From the NCBI GenBank assembly GCA_965644295.1, contig CBFFRP010000419.1, positions 242,055-306,054 of the forward strand: DNA of 64,000 nucleotides, in the 5' to 3' direction. Source of the DNA: Paraphysomonas bandaiensis (taxonomy: Eukaryota; Protista; Chrysophyceae). Positions 12,890 to 25,994 of the stretch are shown here, piece by piece (the stretch's first letter is position 1; each line of letters starts with the position of its first letter). Under the pieces are notes generated by a model that was not told where the DNA came from, made no database searches, and saw only the letters and a program-made list of their open reading frames with translations. The position numbers were made by a program, and so were the translations under genes.

Positions 12890-13462
12890 ATGGATGTTAG
12901 TAGGTATTACCATGAAAAGCAACGTCTTGGACACTGTGCCATTCATGCCCTTAACAACATATTCCAGGAGAGATGGATCACCTATGAAGATTTGTCAGCG
13001 ATTGCTAGGGAACTACATGATTTAGATAGATCTACCAGGAATATGTCATACTGTGCGTTTAATCCGTATATATCTTTTATTCCGTATGCCGGTTACTTTG
13101 ATATATCATGTATTTTAAAAGCCATCGAGAGAAGGAAGTGCCGATTCTCAAACCATATCATCAGTATTTCAGATTTAGGGATGTTGGATATGTCCGCCTC
13201 TCAGTCTGCTATGGGTCTGATTGTAAATGAATACTCCTCTTGCGTTGGGCTCTTTACCTCCAGGCATTGGTATGCTGTGCTGTATCTGAGAGATTATGGG
13301 GTGTATGTAAATCTTGATTCACGTTTAGATAGACCAATTATAATAGATAGCCATGAAAATTTAGTTAGTATGCTTCGAAGTAGCATGAGTAGTCAGAGAA
13401 CTCATGTTTTTGTTCTTTCAAAGTGCACAACTAATTGTTCTTGTGAAATGATTCGAACGTGA
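12890..13462 (+). CDS. Josephin-domain deubiquitinase (JOSD1/2-like, no UIM tail)
   Basis: YYHEKQRLGHCAIHALNNIFQ (catalytic Cys), RHWYAV (His), NLDSRL (Asp). Confidence 0.92.
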   Translation: MDVSRYYHEKQRLGHCAIHALNNIFQERWITYEDLSAIARELHDLDRSTRNMSYCAFNPYISFIPYAGYFDISCILKAIERRKCRFSNHIISISDLGMLDMSASQSAMGLIVNEYSSCVGLFTSRHWYAVLYLRDYGVYVNLDSRLDRPIIIDSHENLVSMLRSSMSSQRTHVFVLSKCTTNCSCEMIRT

Positions 13463-13904
13463 TATTATTTCTCCAGTGCATCCGTGACTTGATGTTTATT
13501 TTAATCGATATGAGTTATTATAAAGTCAATCTGTAATCTGGAACTCTCGTTTCAAATGTTGTTTGTTTGTTCTACATGCTCTAGGTTGTCGCACTCTTCA
13601 TGACAGACGTAAATTCTAGATTCAGCAAACAGTAGCAATATAGAATCAAAAAATACTTGTCAATGAAATTTTCTCGATTCCATCACTATATCTGTCACAG
13701 AGTATAATAGTTTATAAATGTTTCAGAAGTAGAACCATCTAGTGATCATAGGTTACCTAGTATTATGCATAGCGCGCTACTTGTTTCACTACTACTTCTA
13801 TTATTAGTGATTAGTGATATCTACCATTATGTTTAAAGTGCATTATAACACATCTCAATTCTTATACCCAACTGTTTTTTAGCCACTCTTTGCTTCGACT
13901 CTAC

Positions 13905-15546
13905 TCATGTATTAGCTATTTTAGCTACTTTTCGTATATCGAACAAACATGCTATGTAACCTCCAATGCTAACTGCTGTGCTACTGTGCTCATAGAGCTG
14001 CGGAAACCCATCCATTTGATTTAAAGTTTTTCGAATCTGTTTGCTCTCAATAGTTAATAAAATTGCCTATCAATGAAAAATTTAAATTTTAAAGTAACAT
14101 GATACAGGGATGTACCTTTCCATCGTCAGTGAGGGAGCGATGCACCTCCGCCATGAACTTGGGCATTAGTTTTCGGGTTTGTCTATACGTACCATGTCTC
14201 ATACCGAAAGGCAAGTCGCAGATGAACACATCAACACTCTTATCCGCCAAGGGCAACTTCGATGCATCCCACACGAAGAAATCTGTTTTCTGCAGAACAG
14301 TCCCTGTTGGTGCAGTAGAAACTGAAAACCGCCAGTTTTCTCTCGCTTGCTGAATGCTTTCCATAAATATATCCCCTCCAATAAACTTAACGTTTGGGTG
14401 TGATAATGACCCCTCAATGGGGATGGTTCCAATCCCACTGTTTCGTAGACGTTCGTGATGGATAAAGACTAAATTAACAGAACTAACTCACCACATGGGG
14501 TCACATACAGTCATATATGGTCTAATGTCAGCATACTGACATAGCAAATACGCGGTAGAAGGCCGTAGAGCAGTCACAACGTCAAATAATGGGGGGGCAC
14601 GGTTTCGATTACTTAACTCCTGTGTTCAAATCGGTTAACACGGATTATGTGTGTCCGCACATAATGGGAGTACCACCTGTGCCAAGCAGAGTCCTATTAC
14701 AGCTGTATCCTGATGAATGTGAAGAACAAATTCTAACTCATAGTTCTGTAATTGTATATCATATAAGTAATTTCCGTAAATGGCGCAAATACTTCAGCAC
14801 CTTCAAATCTACTTTCCACTTCGTAAACCTATTTCCAATTCCAAACCCGAGATTTCCAGCAGCCTGACATCCATTTATAGATATTTTACTCATAGAAGGG
14901 CGAATATGAATAGATATGAAAGTGTCTATCAAGGCGTGTGCATACTTGTGGTGAAGTGAAAGTGTGCTTTCCACTACGTGTGCATGTGACACGATAGCGT
15001 AAACACTCTGATGAAAAATCAACAGTATTGGTCTTAGGAGTGAAAATAGAGTAATAGAGCTGAAGAGCTCGCTGAAACGGAATATATTCGTCGTCTATAT
15101 TCTCCATGGGATACTCTCGCAATCTGATGCACAGTTTATAACATACAGTGAGAAGAAAACTGATGCACCTTTGCAGGAGGAAATCACTAGTGTTTAGATT
15201 TCGCAATTCGGTAACGAAAGCACTCAGACAATCAACTAACACATACTTTTTGAGTCATAAGTAGTAAAATTACATCTATTTTCTAAGGTACACCTGACTT
15301 TAACTTTAGCACATCAGTGTAGTGTTTGCAAGGGAAGACTACGCCTCCTGTACCATTCATCAGGTCATTTATGTCCCACCACCCCACTCCACTCACCCGG
15401 TACTTCCCTGACATATTCAGCCTGCAGAAGAGATCGTATTTCTTCCTAAGTAAATTTATATGGAGGCCTAATGACTAATTATAAAATGTAACTACCGCGC
15501 AATGTTGCTCCAGTCCAGGTGTTGTGGTGGCATAATAGACGTCCAT
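13905..15546 (-). CDS. THUMP-domain RNA (m2G-type) methyltransferase, THUMPD2/3-like, multi-exon
   Basis: Spliced peptides MDVYYATTTPGLEQHCA, RYRVTCTRSGKHTFTSPQ, GNRFTKWKVDLK, ALRPSTAYLLCQYADIRPYMTVCDPMC, WDASKLPLADKSVDVFICDLPFGMRHG, last exon ...VSIGGYIACLFDIRK. Internal exon boundaries are approximate. Confidence 0.85.
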
Positions 15547-17669
15547 GAAGTCGAATCACGTAGCTTTCCCACTATGGCACAGGCTCAATGACGTCCACAC
15601 TAAGATTCTGGTACAATAATATCTTGTTCCAACATGTAATACTACATGCAATTAAGCTGACACTAGATACTGTATGTACCAAGGGGTGGCTGCCTACAAT
15701 TCGACCGAGATGTGAGAACAACTTAACTTACTTGCTTTTGAGGAGAAGAGAAAGGTCGAAAATCATAAAAATGTGCCTTTTACATTTAATTCTATAACTT
15801 TTTCAGTTTAGGAAATAATGCGATTTTAACACAAAACTCATTCTTGCTGTCAGAATAAAATTCGGGGGGGGGCACAACCAAAAAACAGTCCGATATGACC
15901 GTCAATAAACCACCTTAACAAACACTAATTCCTTCAATAACTACACACCCAATCAACTAACACATACAACGCCATGTCCCTCGTATGCACGAGTGTTCAT
16001 ATCATAAGGACACCTCTCCGCTCATCCATACTACTGCTGCTTTCAACCAGCAATGAGAGGTGAACAACTGTGTCTGCAGTGTTCCTGGTGTCCATCCGCT
16101 GTGCTCCGTAAAGCCTTCATTTACACTTTAAAGTGGTAAGAATGGAGATAATTAGAGACATTGACTCTATGTGATTTGGTGTGTGTTTTCATATGAAGGC
16201 TCGGGAATGTTAATACTCTGTCTATAATGTATATATTATATATATAACCTCATAATAGCGGACTGATTCCTTATGCCATAGAGTGACTCTGGGTAGTGAA
16301 TCTACATCGAAGAGTATTTACTCTCCTCCAATACAGCTTGAGTAATCTCTCTGGCTTGTTAAAAGTAACCTATTGGCGTATGTTTGTTTCGTTGCGTGCT
16401 CTACGTGGAGTGTAGATATCACTCCACTATCGCCCTATAGGAATTGCCATTTGATCTCCCTGGCTTTTCCGGAACGCAACACCTCTCACAGAGATCACCT
16501 CGTTTGCTTGATGACTACGTACCATGTACAGTAAATTCGCGATGCAGCGACGATCTACCGAGGAGTATTACTGACGTGAGGAGTCGCGCTAGCGTTTACT
16601 TAGGTATAGGTGTTAGTATGCTATACAGCCTATGGAAAGGTTGCTAGCAAAGGTAGTACACTCCCTTCAAGTAGCTCCAGATCAATAGGTCCCGAGTGCA
16701 TGAAACACATTCACTCTGATTGTATAGGTCCTATATGGGCAGAGGTAAGGGTTCCTTCAAGGTTATTAACCTTCTAAGTTTGGCGTATCAAATGTTAGGA
16801 TGGTAGAGCAGTTGAATTGCCGGAGATACAGAAGTGGTGTAAGGATATTCATAACCTCGAAGTCACACATGGTTAGCTCCGGTATTGACTGAACAAAATG
16901 TAGTTCCGTTTTGGAAAAACGGAATAAGCAGTGTCGTCGTGAAAATGCAAGTAGCACCAGCAAACGCTAGAAAGTATGCTAGTACACGTACAATGAAAGA
17001 ATTACGGCAATATCTACTGGAGGGTTTCCGTGAGTATGGTACTGAAGTGAAATAACAGAATAAGATTGATGAGAAGTTAGATATCGCGAGGAGGGTGTGT
17101 ATTCTAGAGTTACGATGATGAGGATCTTGTTGTAATGGGGGACAATGAGGTTGATGTATGGAAAGTGATAATTGCGATTATGTGGGTTAGGAAAGTAGTA
17201 ATTTGTCTGTTGACAAATCGTTGTATACCACATTATTTCATTAGTTTCTAACATTCTAGTAGAAACATACTACCTAAAACTAATGAGTAAGAGTAATACT
17301 AGTACTTTATACTTTATAAGTCATAAAGAATACTCTAACTATATGTTTAGTTTAGCCGTTCCATGAGGACACACAGAATTAAAAATGATATTAAATATTA
17401 ACTATACTAATGATGAGTTACATATACAAATACTATAGAACATGTACTTTCCAACTTTTATTGTTTATTCACTTCTTAGATATATAATAATGTGTATTTT
17501 CGTGATTTATTATGCAGACATGTTAGAAAATATCACGGGTTCTTCGCTTACTAGGTTCAACAAGGAGACCTAGCACATAGCTCACCCCACACGTCTCCCT
17601 CTTCCACTATCCCCGCACCAGCGGAAAAGCCACGGCGCCGCCTCCGTCAGATACTCCTTCACCCCAGGC

Positions 17670-17757
17670 ACCCTCAACAAAGTCGGACTCGCACCTTTTC
17701 GTGGTGTTCTGGGGGATAAGTACCGGAGATATTTCTCTGGGAAACTAACGTCAGCCG
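17670..17757 (+). ncRNA. Candidate HDV-like ribozyme-type pseudoknot at the repeat's 5' end
   Basis: P2 ctcgc/gtgag (gtcag in this copy), P3 acc/ggt closing L3 ttttcgt, P4 ccggaga-tatt-tctctgg, J4/2 CUAA. P1 pairs only 5/7 (cctcaac/gttctgg) and lacks G1. Confidence 0.35.
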
Positions 17758-18063
17758 CATATATAGTCAGCAGATATATTGTTCTGCCCACTCATAGCCG
17801 AATGCTTGTGTGGTACAAGGGACACTAGAGTAAGTGTCACTTGTGTAGACGTCTTTGGGCCCTGACGAATAAAGAGGCATCCGGGAATGGGCCCACCTCA
17901 AGGGCATCCGGGACAGGGCCCACCAGAAGGGTAACCGGGGTATTGGGCTGCCTGCTGAAGTTAAGCATCCGGGATGTTCACCTTAAGAACTCAGAAAACC
18001 TGAAGTCAGCAGATGTTAGGTATATCAACATTCTGCTTGCCCACAGCATTTGCTTTGAGTGAT
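17670..18063 (+). mobile_element. Short non-coding repeat (SINE/SIDE-like): structured head plus internal subrepeats
   Basis: Sharp 5' boundary accctcaacaaagtcggactcgc, shared with copies ending at 10410, 31643 and 47553 (minus strand). Confidence 0.85.
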
Positions 18064-19298
18064 TGATGCTGAGTATGAGTTCACATTATTCGGTATCTGT
18101 GTGGCCAATGACCGAGGTAATGCGTCAAACGTTCCTCATGGCAATGGCAATGGCAATGGCAATGATGTGATTAGACCTGTCATGTCTTCTCACACGTCTA
18201 CTGCCTAGTCTTGGTTTCTCCTGACCCAGGTCATTGAGATTATATCAAGGCTCTGTCACTGTTCTCCAAGCAGTGTCAGGTACATTTGTGGTGCCTTTAT
18301 GTTATTCTTGCTTTTAGTAGGTTTTCATCCGAGCGGGGAAGGTGCACGGTTTCCTACTAGTGTAAGTCACGCGGGAGAAGAGTGCACGGTGGATGCATGT
18401 GCTGGACGAGTGCACACAATGGAGGGAAGACATTGGAGTCAGCTTGAATTTGTAACAGATTTTGGTAGATGTCTGTTTCATGCGTCAGTGTGCAAAATTG
18501 CACCAGTGAGATCGCTTCGTGACCGTGGGAGGACCCGGCGCTAGAGCAACTTTATTCTCCCTTCCAGACTACCTGCTGCTGTGAACACCACCTTGAAGAG
18601 GGCCCTAAAGATCTGCCGCATATACAGGAGACATATGCCGAAGACACCGACCGCAAGTTGTTTGTGTTAGGACAAGTAGATTGCTCTATTAGTGTAGTTC
18701 GCTCTATCACTCAAAACGTAGTGAGTGATACTTGACATCTGCAAACTTCAGGGCATCATAATATATATCATAATGTCTAAAAATACATAAGTACTTTTTT
18801 CTTCAAGTAGCAGCTATAATTGAAAAAGTTAACATTACATCGCCTAATTGCCAACCAATAAGCAAAATTCAACAAATGAATGATAAGAGACGTTGTTTAC
18901 AATATTAATTAATTGATTGCTGAGTGAATTTATTGTTGAGTTACTTAAGTTTAGTCATCCTAATGTCACTTTGATAGTACTACACAAACAATTAAATGGG
19001 CAATGTAATATTAGAAATTTGTTTTCCCCTAGCTTGCATTCATAAAATATTGGAAATCGTTTTCCCAATCTTGAAAAAGTTCTTCACTTAATGTGAAGTT
19101 GAAATTTTCAAAACTAAAGAAACAGTGAATTAGTTCGTGAAATACGTAGTCCATGAAGAGTGAACATGTTGTTAAACAATTAACACAAACTACCAGTAAG
19201 TTCAATATGCAGTGAAAATACTACAAAAATAAACCATATGAACTCGTTCACCCTCCAGTGCATTACAAAGCAATACATCAGCGTCGATAAATATATCG

Positions 19299-22200
19299 CT
19301 AATACTTATACCCAGCGGTAACTGATGACGACTGACTTGTCGGATATGCATCAGAAAACCTGGATGCGCGCTTTGGAGGAGGAGGCACACTACCTTGAGG
19401 TGGAGGTGGCGGGGCCGCCTTCTTTGTAGCGTTCATTTTGAACCACTGGATCAGTTCACTGGGTGTATGAAATATTTTGTCCCTCATCTTGTAACCCTGT
19501 GTGCGTGTAATTTCAATACAAATCGTACTCAACAGAGCAGAATTATAAAATACCTCGGGTTTTACTGTAATTATCTCAGATTTCACAGCATGTCCTGCCT
19601 TCAGTAGCCAGCACAGCACGAAGTAGCCGGGCTGTTTTTCATAAAATCTAATACAGTACGGGATTCGAGTGGGATTTCCTGAAATCTCTGATTGCAGCCA
19701 TGCCTCATTCTGTTCTTTTGTTCCTGCTCTGAATGCGCGATAATTTGTCATCTGTGAAACGAGATCATTCATTGGTTCGATGTACCGCGAATGAATTTCG
19801 CTCAAGTCTGAGAAGGGGTCAGACTCTCCTTTAATCAAAAGTGTTTGGCCAAGATTCGAATCACCCTCTGTCCGTTTATCTTTCTCTTTAACTTCAATAT
19901 GCTTATACCAGTTCTCCTGTAGGCATATTAGTTCACGTATCGAATACATTACCACAGCTCCACCTGGAACGCCCAAGTGATAACGAGCGTATCTTGATCT
20001 TTCGACGAGGGTCGAATCACTATCTCTCCTGGTGCTCTCCCAGTCAAAAAATTCTCCGCTTGTTTAGCATTATAATTTTTGAAGAGCGGATGAAATATTT
20101 TGCGCATTACACGGCCTGAAGACGATACGCCTAAAGGGCCGACTTTATTGCTGACGACATCGGAAATGGTATGTTTCACTTGCTGCATGCAGGTTAATCA
20201 ATTTACAACAGCGTCTGCGTTTACCTCGGATGCAATGGTAAATCGTTTCTTATAGTTCTGCTGGTACAAATCTAGAGCTTCTTTCTCTTTGAAACATCTG
20301 CCATTTCGTTAAAAATAATAAGAAAGTACAACACATTCTTCCCACCTATCAAATTCTTTTCTACCAGCAAGTTGCCACCACTCACGAACCCTGTCGTCAA
20401 TATTCCTCTGAGCCAACCAATGCTCTTCTCCTTGACTGACATGGGACGGTTTCAGGGACACTTCAACTTTCATTTCGTCCTTCATCACTTTTATAACAAC
20501 TCCTGTCGTAGCGTCACCGGCCTATAGAAAATATCGATTTCTTAGTAGAATTAAATTCAAAAACGTACCTTTAGAACAGTTGAGACTTTTTCAATTTTAG
20601 TATCTGCGACGTTAGATATACGGACAAATCCTCTCATACCATTTTCAATGACAACTGAAGCTGATTTATCTTTAGCCTCAACAACCCTACACCCCACCCG
20701 CAATCCTACGTAGAGAGTGTAGTCAGATTCTCCAGTAATCAGAGCAAAGAGTTCTGCTGGTTCCGGCTCTTTGAGTGGTTTGCGAAGGTCTAACCATGGA
20801 AATCTCAGCTCTTGCTTAATTGCATCAAACTGCTTCAGGCGCTTCCCTGACAGTAGTAGGAATAATCTGCACAGCATCAACAACAACACGCCACCTTTTT
20901 ACCTTTACCGGCACGCTCTAGTTGTGCTGCATAGTCACTCAACTGCAGCTCATGCATTTTATCTGGCAGCTCTAACAGCTCTCCCCTGTAAACTCATATA
21001 TCACCCACCCGCCAATAAAAATCTTGAAGCTACCTCATCCAAGCATTAATGAAGCGAGTGTTGTGGCTAAGTGCCTTCTCCAATTCATTCCGGCAATGTT
21101 TCTTTAACATCAGTACTGTTTTAAGGTATTGCTCTCCACTGTGCGGAGTTTCCATTGCGCTAGCACATATCTATAGGAAAACACACATCAGTCATTGTCA
21201 TATTTGCTATGCATATCTAGCTGACAAACCTTTGGTGCAAAATCGTTCTGCACGTAACACTCTGGGTGAATGCGTGTGTCATCAAATGGGTCCATCACAT
21301 GTTCATCCTGTCCTGTGTCGCATACGCGAATAAATCCAGCAGCGTTGTTATATACTACTTTTCCCATGAGCTTCCTTTCCAGCAGCTCTCTTCGACTTGA
21401 CACAAAGCCTAACAAAGACTGCAAGCAACACCGTAATTAGAATATAAGTTGTATATAACGAAAAACTTGAATACAAACTTTGATATTTTGACGAAGTGCA
21501 TCAGCCTTTCTCAATCCCAGGCCAGCTGAACAAAAAATTAGTCCCTATTTGTAGTAGGCAATATACGTGTATACCGACAAACGCAAGGGGTCCGGCCATA
21601 TGATCATGTGACACCGCCATGTTAATGTCAACTCCGACATCACACACAGCGTCCACAAGACAGTTCTCGAGGGCACGCAACATTGGAGCTTTCGTTCGCG
21701 AAACCAAATCCTATGTGTCATCAGTTCGGCAAACAACTGTGCATAGGCCATTACACTGCACCTTGTAAGGGTGAATGTCTAGATACATTGTCTCGTGCCC
21801 AAATAAACCAATAGCATCAGCACTGGCCCACATGTTGGCATATTCAACGAGAGGATCCTGGACAAAGCTGCGCATAGTTCATGTGACGAACATATGAAAA
21901 GTAGACACGCTACCGACACAGACACACTGCACTTGCAGCTCCAGGGAGCAGCTCCGGCAACAACTTCTTCGCTCGAGATGAAGACCCGAATATGCGAGCA
22001 ACATCGTCTCTAACTAACAGAACCTTCAAAAAAATAGTGAGTACATGCAACCATGAACTGGGTATATATCTTACATCTGGTCGGAACTGAATTCCGCCGT
22101 CGATGTCGTCGTCGTCGTCGTATCGTGTGAAATCCATCACCTCTTCTCTGGCCCTTCGGCGCTCGTTTAGTTCTGCTTCCAATGATGCTTCCACCTCTCG

Positions 22201-25200
22201 CACAATATAATTCTCGATCATTTCTTTGACAGATTTGCTCATCTACACATCAAGACATGTGTTAGAACAGTAATGAAAAGGGCAAATGTATTATGTATAC
22301 ATGTCCAGCGCCAGTGTTGACGGCTATGACATCAGGTCTTGTTGCTTTAAAGAACTCTTTCAATTTTGTCTTTTTCTGATTTCTTGCGGCATCAGGTAGT
22401 AGGTCATTAGCCCTTACAACCCCATCCCTGTCTGTGAAAGCCAAAAATATAGGTTCTCTAGGTTGAGTTGGAAGGAACACAGTTGCAACACTGGGGTACG
22501 CTGGACGCTGAGGACAAGCTCGCAACACATCGAATGGCTGCACATTCGACGGTCGGAAGGGTCCAACACTGAGCATTTTACGAAAATTTGTCGCGCTCTC
22601 TTCCACAATTGCCTCATTAGAGAGTCTCAATAGCTCGCGATGGGTCTACAACTTCCAATTACCGATGCAAAAAAATCGCGTTCAACAATACCTCATCTTG
22701 CATGTAAGGTAAAATATGTTTCTCTGCTATATCAGCCAACACTATCATTCTCTGCTTATCCCACTCGTTCCCAGGACCTTCAGGAACTTCAGGAAGAAAC
22801 GCTTTCATTAGCCCTGTATTATAACTATAACCTAGAATCATAACAATATATTGAGCTCATCACCAATCTCTTCAAGAAACACATGTAAGTCGGGGCGAGG
22901 TCCACGATCGGTTTTAATCGTTGGAATGCCAATCGCTACTTCTAACAACCCTTCTGTCTTTGCTCTCATCAGCCGTGCATACATATACTTGTCGGATCCA
23001 ACTGCTGAACGCATTAATTCACTTATGGGTTTTCGCACTAAGTAATGTAAACCAAAAAGTTCATGAAAGGGGTTGATTCTCTCTTCTCCTAATTCTGTCG
23101 GTCGAGTGGAAATAAATGCTGTTGTACAAAACCTTTCACGTGCTGCCCGGCGAACAGATGGCTCCGCGGCAAGTTCTGTCGCTAGTATAGCGCGTACACC
23201 ATCCATAATTCGATCAATAGTAGGAAAATCAGTAGAAATATATTCAGAAGGTATATCTTGAACGTCAAAATCAGGAGTTGGTGGGTTAACCTAATAGCGG
23301 CGAGGATGGTTTACTCACTAAAATTAATAGCGTTGTACTCACCTTTAATTTGTCCCCGAATCGAATCGCGTCACCAACATCTTTTGCACGTACAGAAAAC
23401 TTATCTGCAATTTCTCGCAATGAACCATGTTTACAAGCAGCGAAGTATGCCTGCCATGCCATTTTTAAAATGTGTGTGATGAAAAAGTGATTATCATACC
23501 TCCTTTTCAGCCCCACCTCGACGAAGCTTTTTCCGTCCCCCAGACTCGTCCCCTCTAGATACGCTTCCTTGAGAGGTGCCTCTTTCCTCCTCTGTGCATC
23601 CCCTGAAGAGGAGTGATATATACTGGTGCATATCTCTCATCTCGAGATCATCTCGAATATTCATAATCATACTGTGGTACCTTCGCAGAGAAACTGTCAA
23701 TAAGAAATATATGCATCAAATATTGTACCTCTCAGGCGGAAACAGCTCAAGAAATCTCTTCGCCACCGCCTGACTACATGACGCCCGCGGCGACTGCTGC
23801 GTCTTGATAAGTTCGTGCAGCAACTGTTCCTCCTCTTCCAAATCCTTCGTCGCAGTATCAAGATCTTCCTTGGCGTGCTTAAGACTTGTCTCTGCTTGTA
23901 CAATTTTTTCACTTTCTGTTTGACCAAGTCCAAAATCGTCGTCTTCATCAAAATCATCCGCAATGTTGTTCACAGCATCAAACGCTTCCTGTGCCACGAC
24001 TACATTTTGGCGGGCCTCGTCACATGCCTGTCGCTTCATGTGTACTCGCTCCTCTCTATCGGCCCTTGAAAGCTGTTCTGAAACCGCATTTCTATCTGAG
24101 TTAGCTACTTCCTCAATGAACCTCAGATCTGCAAGCAACCGGTTTCTCCTAGCCACCAGATCTTCCCACTTTTCATCCATGCTCTGGACGAACCACAAGT
24201 GCTGCCTCGTCAATCTTTCGTGCAGATAATCGCGTCGATAGCTCCATATAAAAGGGACTTCCCTGTTCTCTTCCTACATACATTCCTGAATTAGCCTACA
24301 TATGCCTACAGGCCTGGTATCCCACCTGCAGCAATTCTAGAACTACAACAACTGACTCTTGTATCTCTTCCGCCAGCTGGTGCTCCTCCAACATTCCCTC
24401 TACCCCGCGCAGTCGGTCTTCTTCTATAATTTTTTGAGATAGTTTCTGGGCAATCCACTGACCCTCATCAGCCCGCTCATCTGCATCAGGCGGCTGCCTG
24501 CCGACCATTATATCTATCATTCTCTCCGGCCTATCAGTCTCACGGAGAATATCGTCCTTTTCTGTGGCATATATTTCAACCAGGGTACTGCGATCGAATC
24601 GTGACCGAAGTTGCTGTAATTTTTTTGCTTCATTAGCAGCAGCAATGTCACCGAAAACATCTTCATCTTCATCGGAGTAGTCCTCGTCCATGTACTCCTC
24701 GTATCCCTCCCCAAAGAGTGCCGCAGCTTCCGCTAATTGTTCCCGAAGCTCACCACCAATCATACCAGTTTTCATTCTCTCGGCCCGCTCCTTGCGGCGT
24801 TGACGTCTTACCTCTGGGTCCTCGGCTTCCGCATTGCCCATATCATCGTCCATGTCGTCAACTACAAAGTCGCTAAGGCTATCACTGTCATATTCATCCC
24901 GAGCTGCCCTTTGATGCCTGCCCTTTTTATCGTCCTCATCGTCTAAAGCATTAGCCCCGTCGTTAATGTCTGAATCATCATCGTGAACCTGTTCTGGAAC
25001 TATGACATCGTCGTGCTTCTTCTCGCTGGCGCTGGCCATATTGTCCCGAATCAATTCAATGTCATCATCGTCAGCCACTGTTGCAGTCCGCCTTAATCGC
25101 TGATATTTCTTCTGAAACTCTTTTCTTTTTTTCATATTATAGTCGTCTTCAACATCCTTGACAACGAAATCATCATATTCGTAATCATCGCCTCTTTCTG

Positions 25201-25438
25201 CTTCACCGCCGTCGTCGTCTTCATCCTCCCCATCTTCTTCGCCGCTTTCTTCGGCCTCATTGTCAAACATACTGCTTTGGTTTAATTTCGATTTCTTTTT
25301 CGGTGCAGCACTGCCTTCAGATTCTTCGTCAGATGAACTGAGATCCGACGGTACTCGCTTCCTCCTATCTATTTTCTTGCTATTGACGTCGTCAGAACCA
25401 AAATCATTTTCGTCGTCGCTTTCAAATACCTCTGACAT
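19299..25438 (-). CDS. SPT6: Transcription elongation factor / histone chaperone Spt6, many short introns
   Basis: Acidic N-terminus with FDNEAEES; ILATELAAEPSVR; YqgF region RPDVIAVN; VCDVGVDINMAV; DPFDDTRIHPECY; S1 region; tandem SH2 (HPLFKN...GEIVIRPSSK, RIPYC...LIQWFK). Confidence 0.95.
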
Positions 25439-25994
25439 ATTTCAAATACTGATGTAGTTTTATTCCAATTTACAAAGATACGGCAATGGATGAATAATAT
25501 AGCTATACAATCAGTAATGTGAACTAGAGTTACAGTGGTATTGTGTATAGGGAAATTGAATTACAAAGCACCAACATGTATGCGACATGAGTACCTCCTT
25601 TTACTCATGGCAACCCTCCACAACAATGCCATCACGAACTCTGTTTTCGGAGCATGCTTCTAAAAATATGACATTTCCTGAAAAAAAATTAAAATCCTGA
25701 AAAAATAACCTTTGGTCATGTGGTCATGAAAAACACCACTTCAAACCACGTCCTACGACTTGTACGAACGATTTTTGCTTCAATATATTTACTGACTTTT
25801 TGCCGATAAGAGTATGTCGAAAGTCATTGTGACAGTCTGAAAAATGCCGTTTTTTCTAAATATACTAATTTTCTGGTAATTGGATGCAGTGATGGTACAG
25901 CAGCAGTGTGTGGTGGTCCAGGTACCTTAGGGGTTTGTCTTCAATTGATCTTATTGTTACCCGTAATTTTGCCGACCTGGTTATTGAATGAGTA

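Noticed and set aside
16000-17250. Possible decayed TE coding region
   Set aside because: No recognisable motif and no second copy in the window.
17855-17900. CTGACGA in the short repeat as a hammerhead ribozyme core (retrozyme/Penelope idea)
   Set aside because: No stem II followed by GAAA and no stem III/NUH arrangement found in any copy.
17582-18062. Recurrent small ORFs (YLSPRTPRKGASPTLLRV; RRLWALTN...) in several places
   Set aside because: Incidental translations of the non-coding repeat; indels between copies do not preserve frame.
18200-18660. GC-richer exon-like segment
   Set aside because: No consistent frame or recognisable family.
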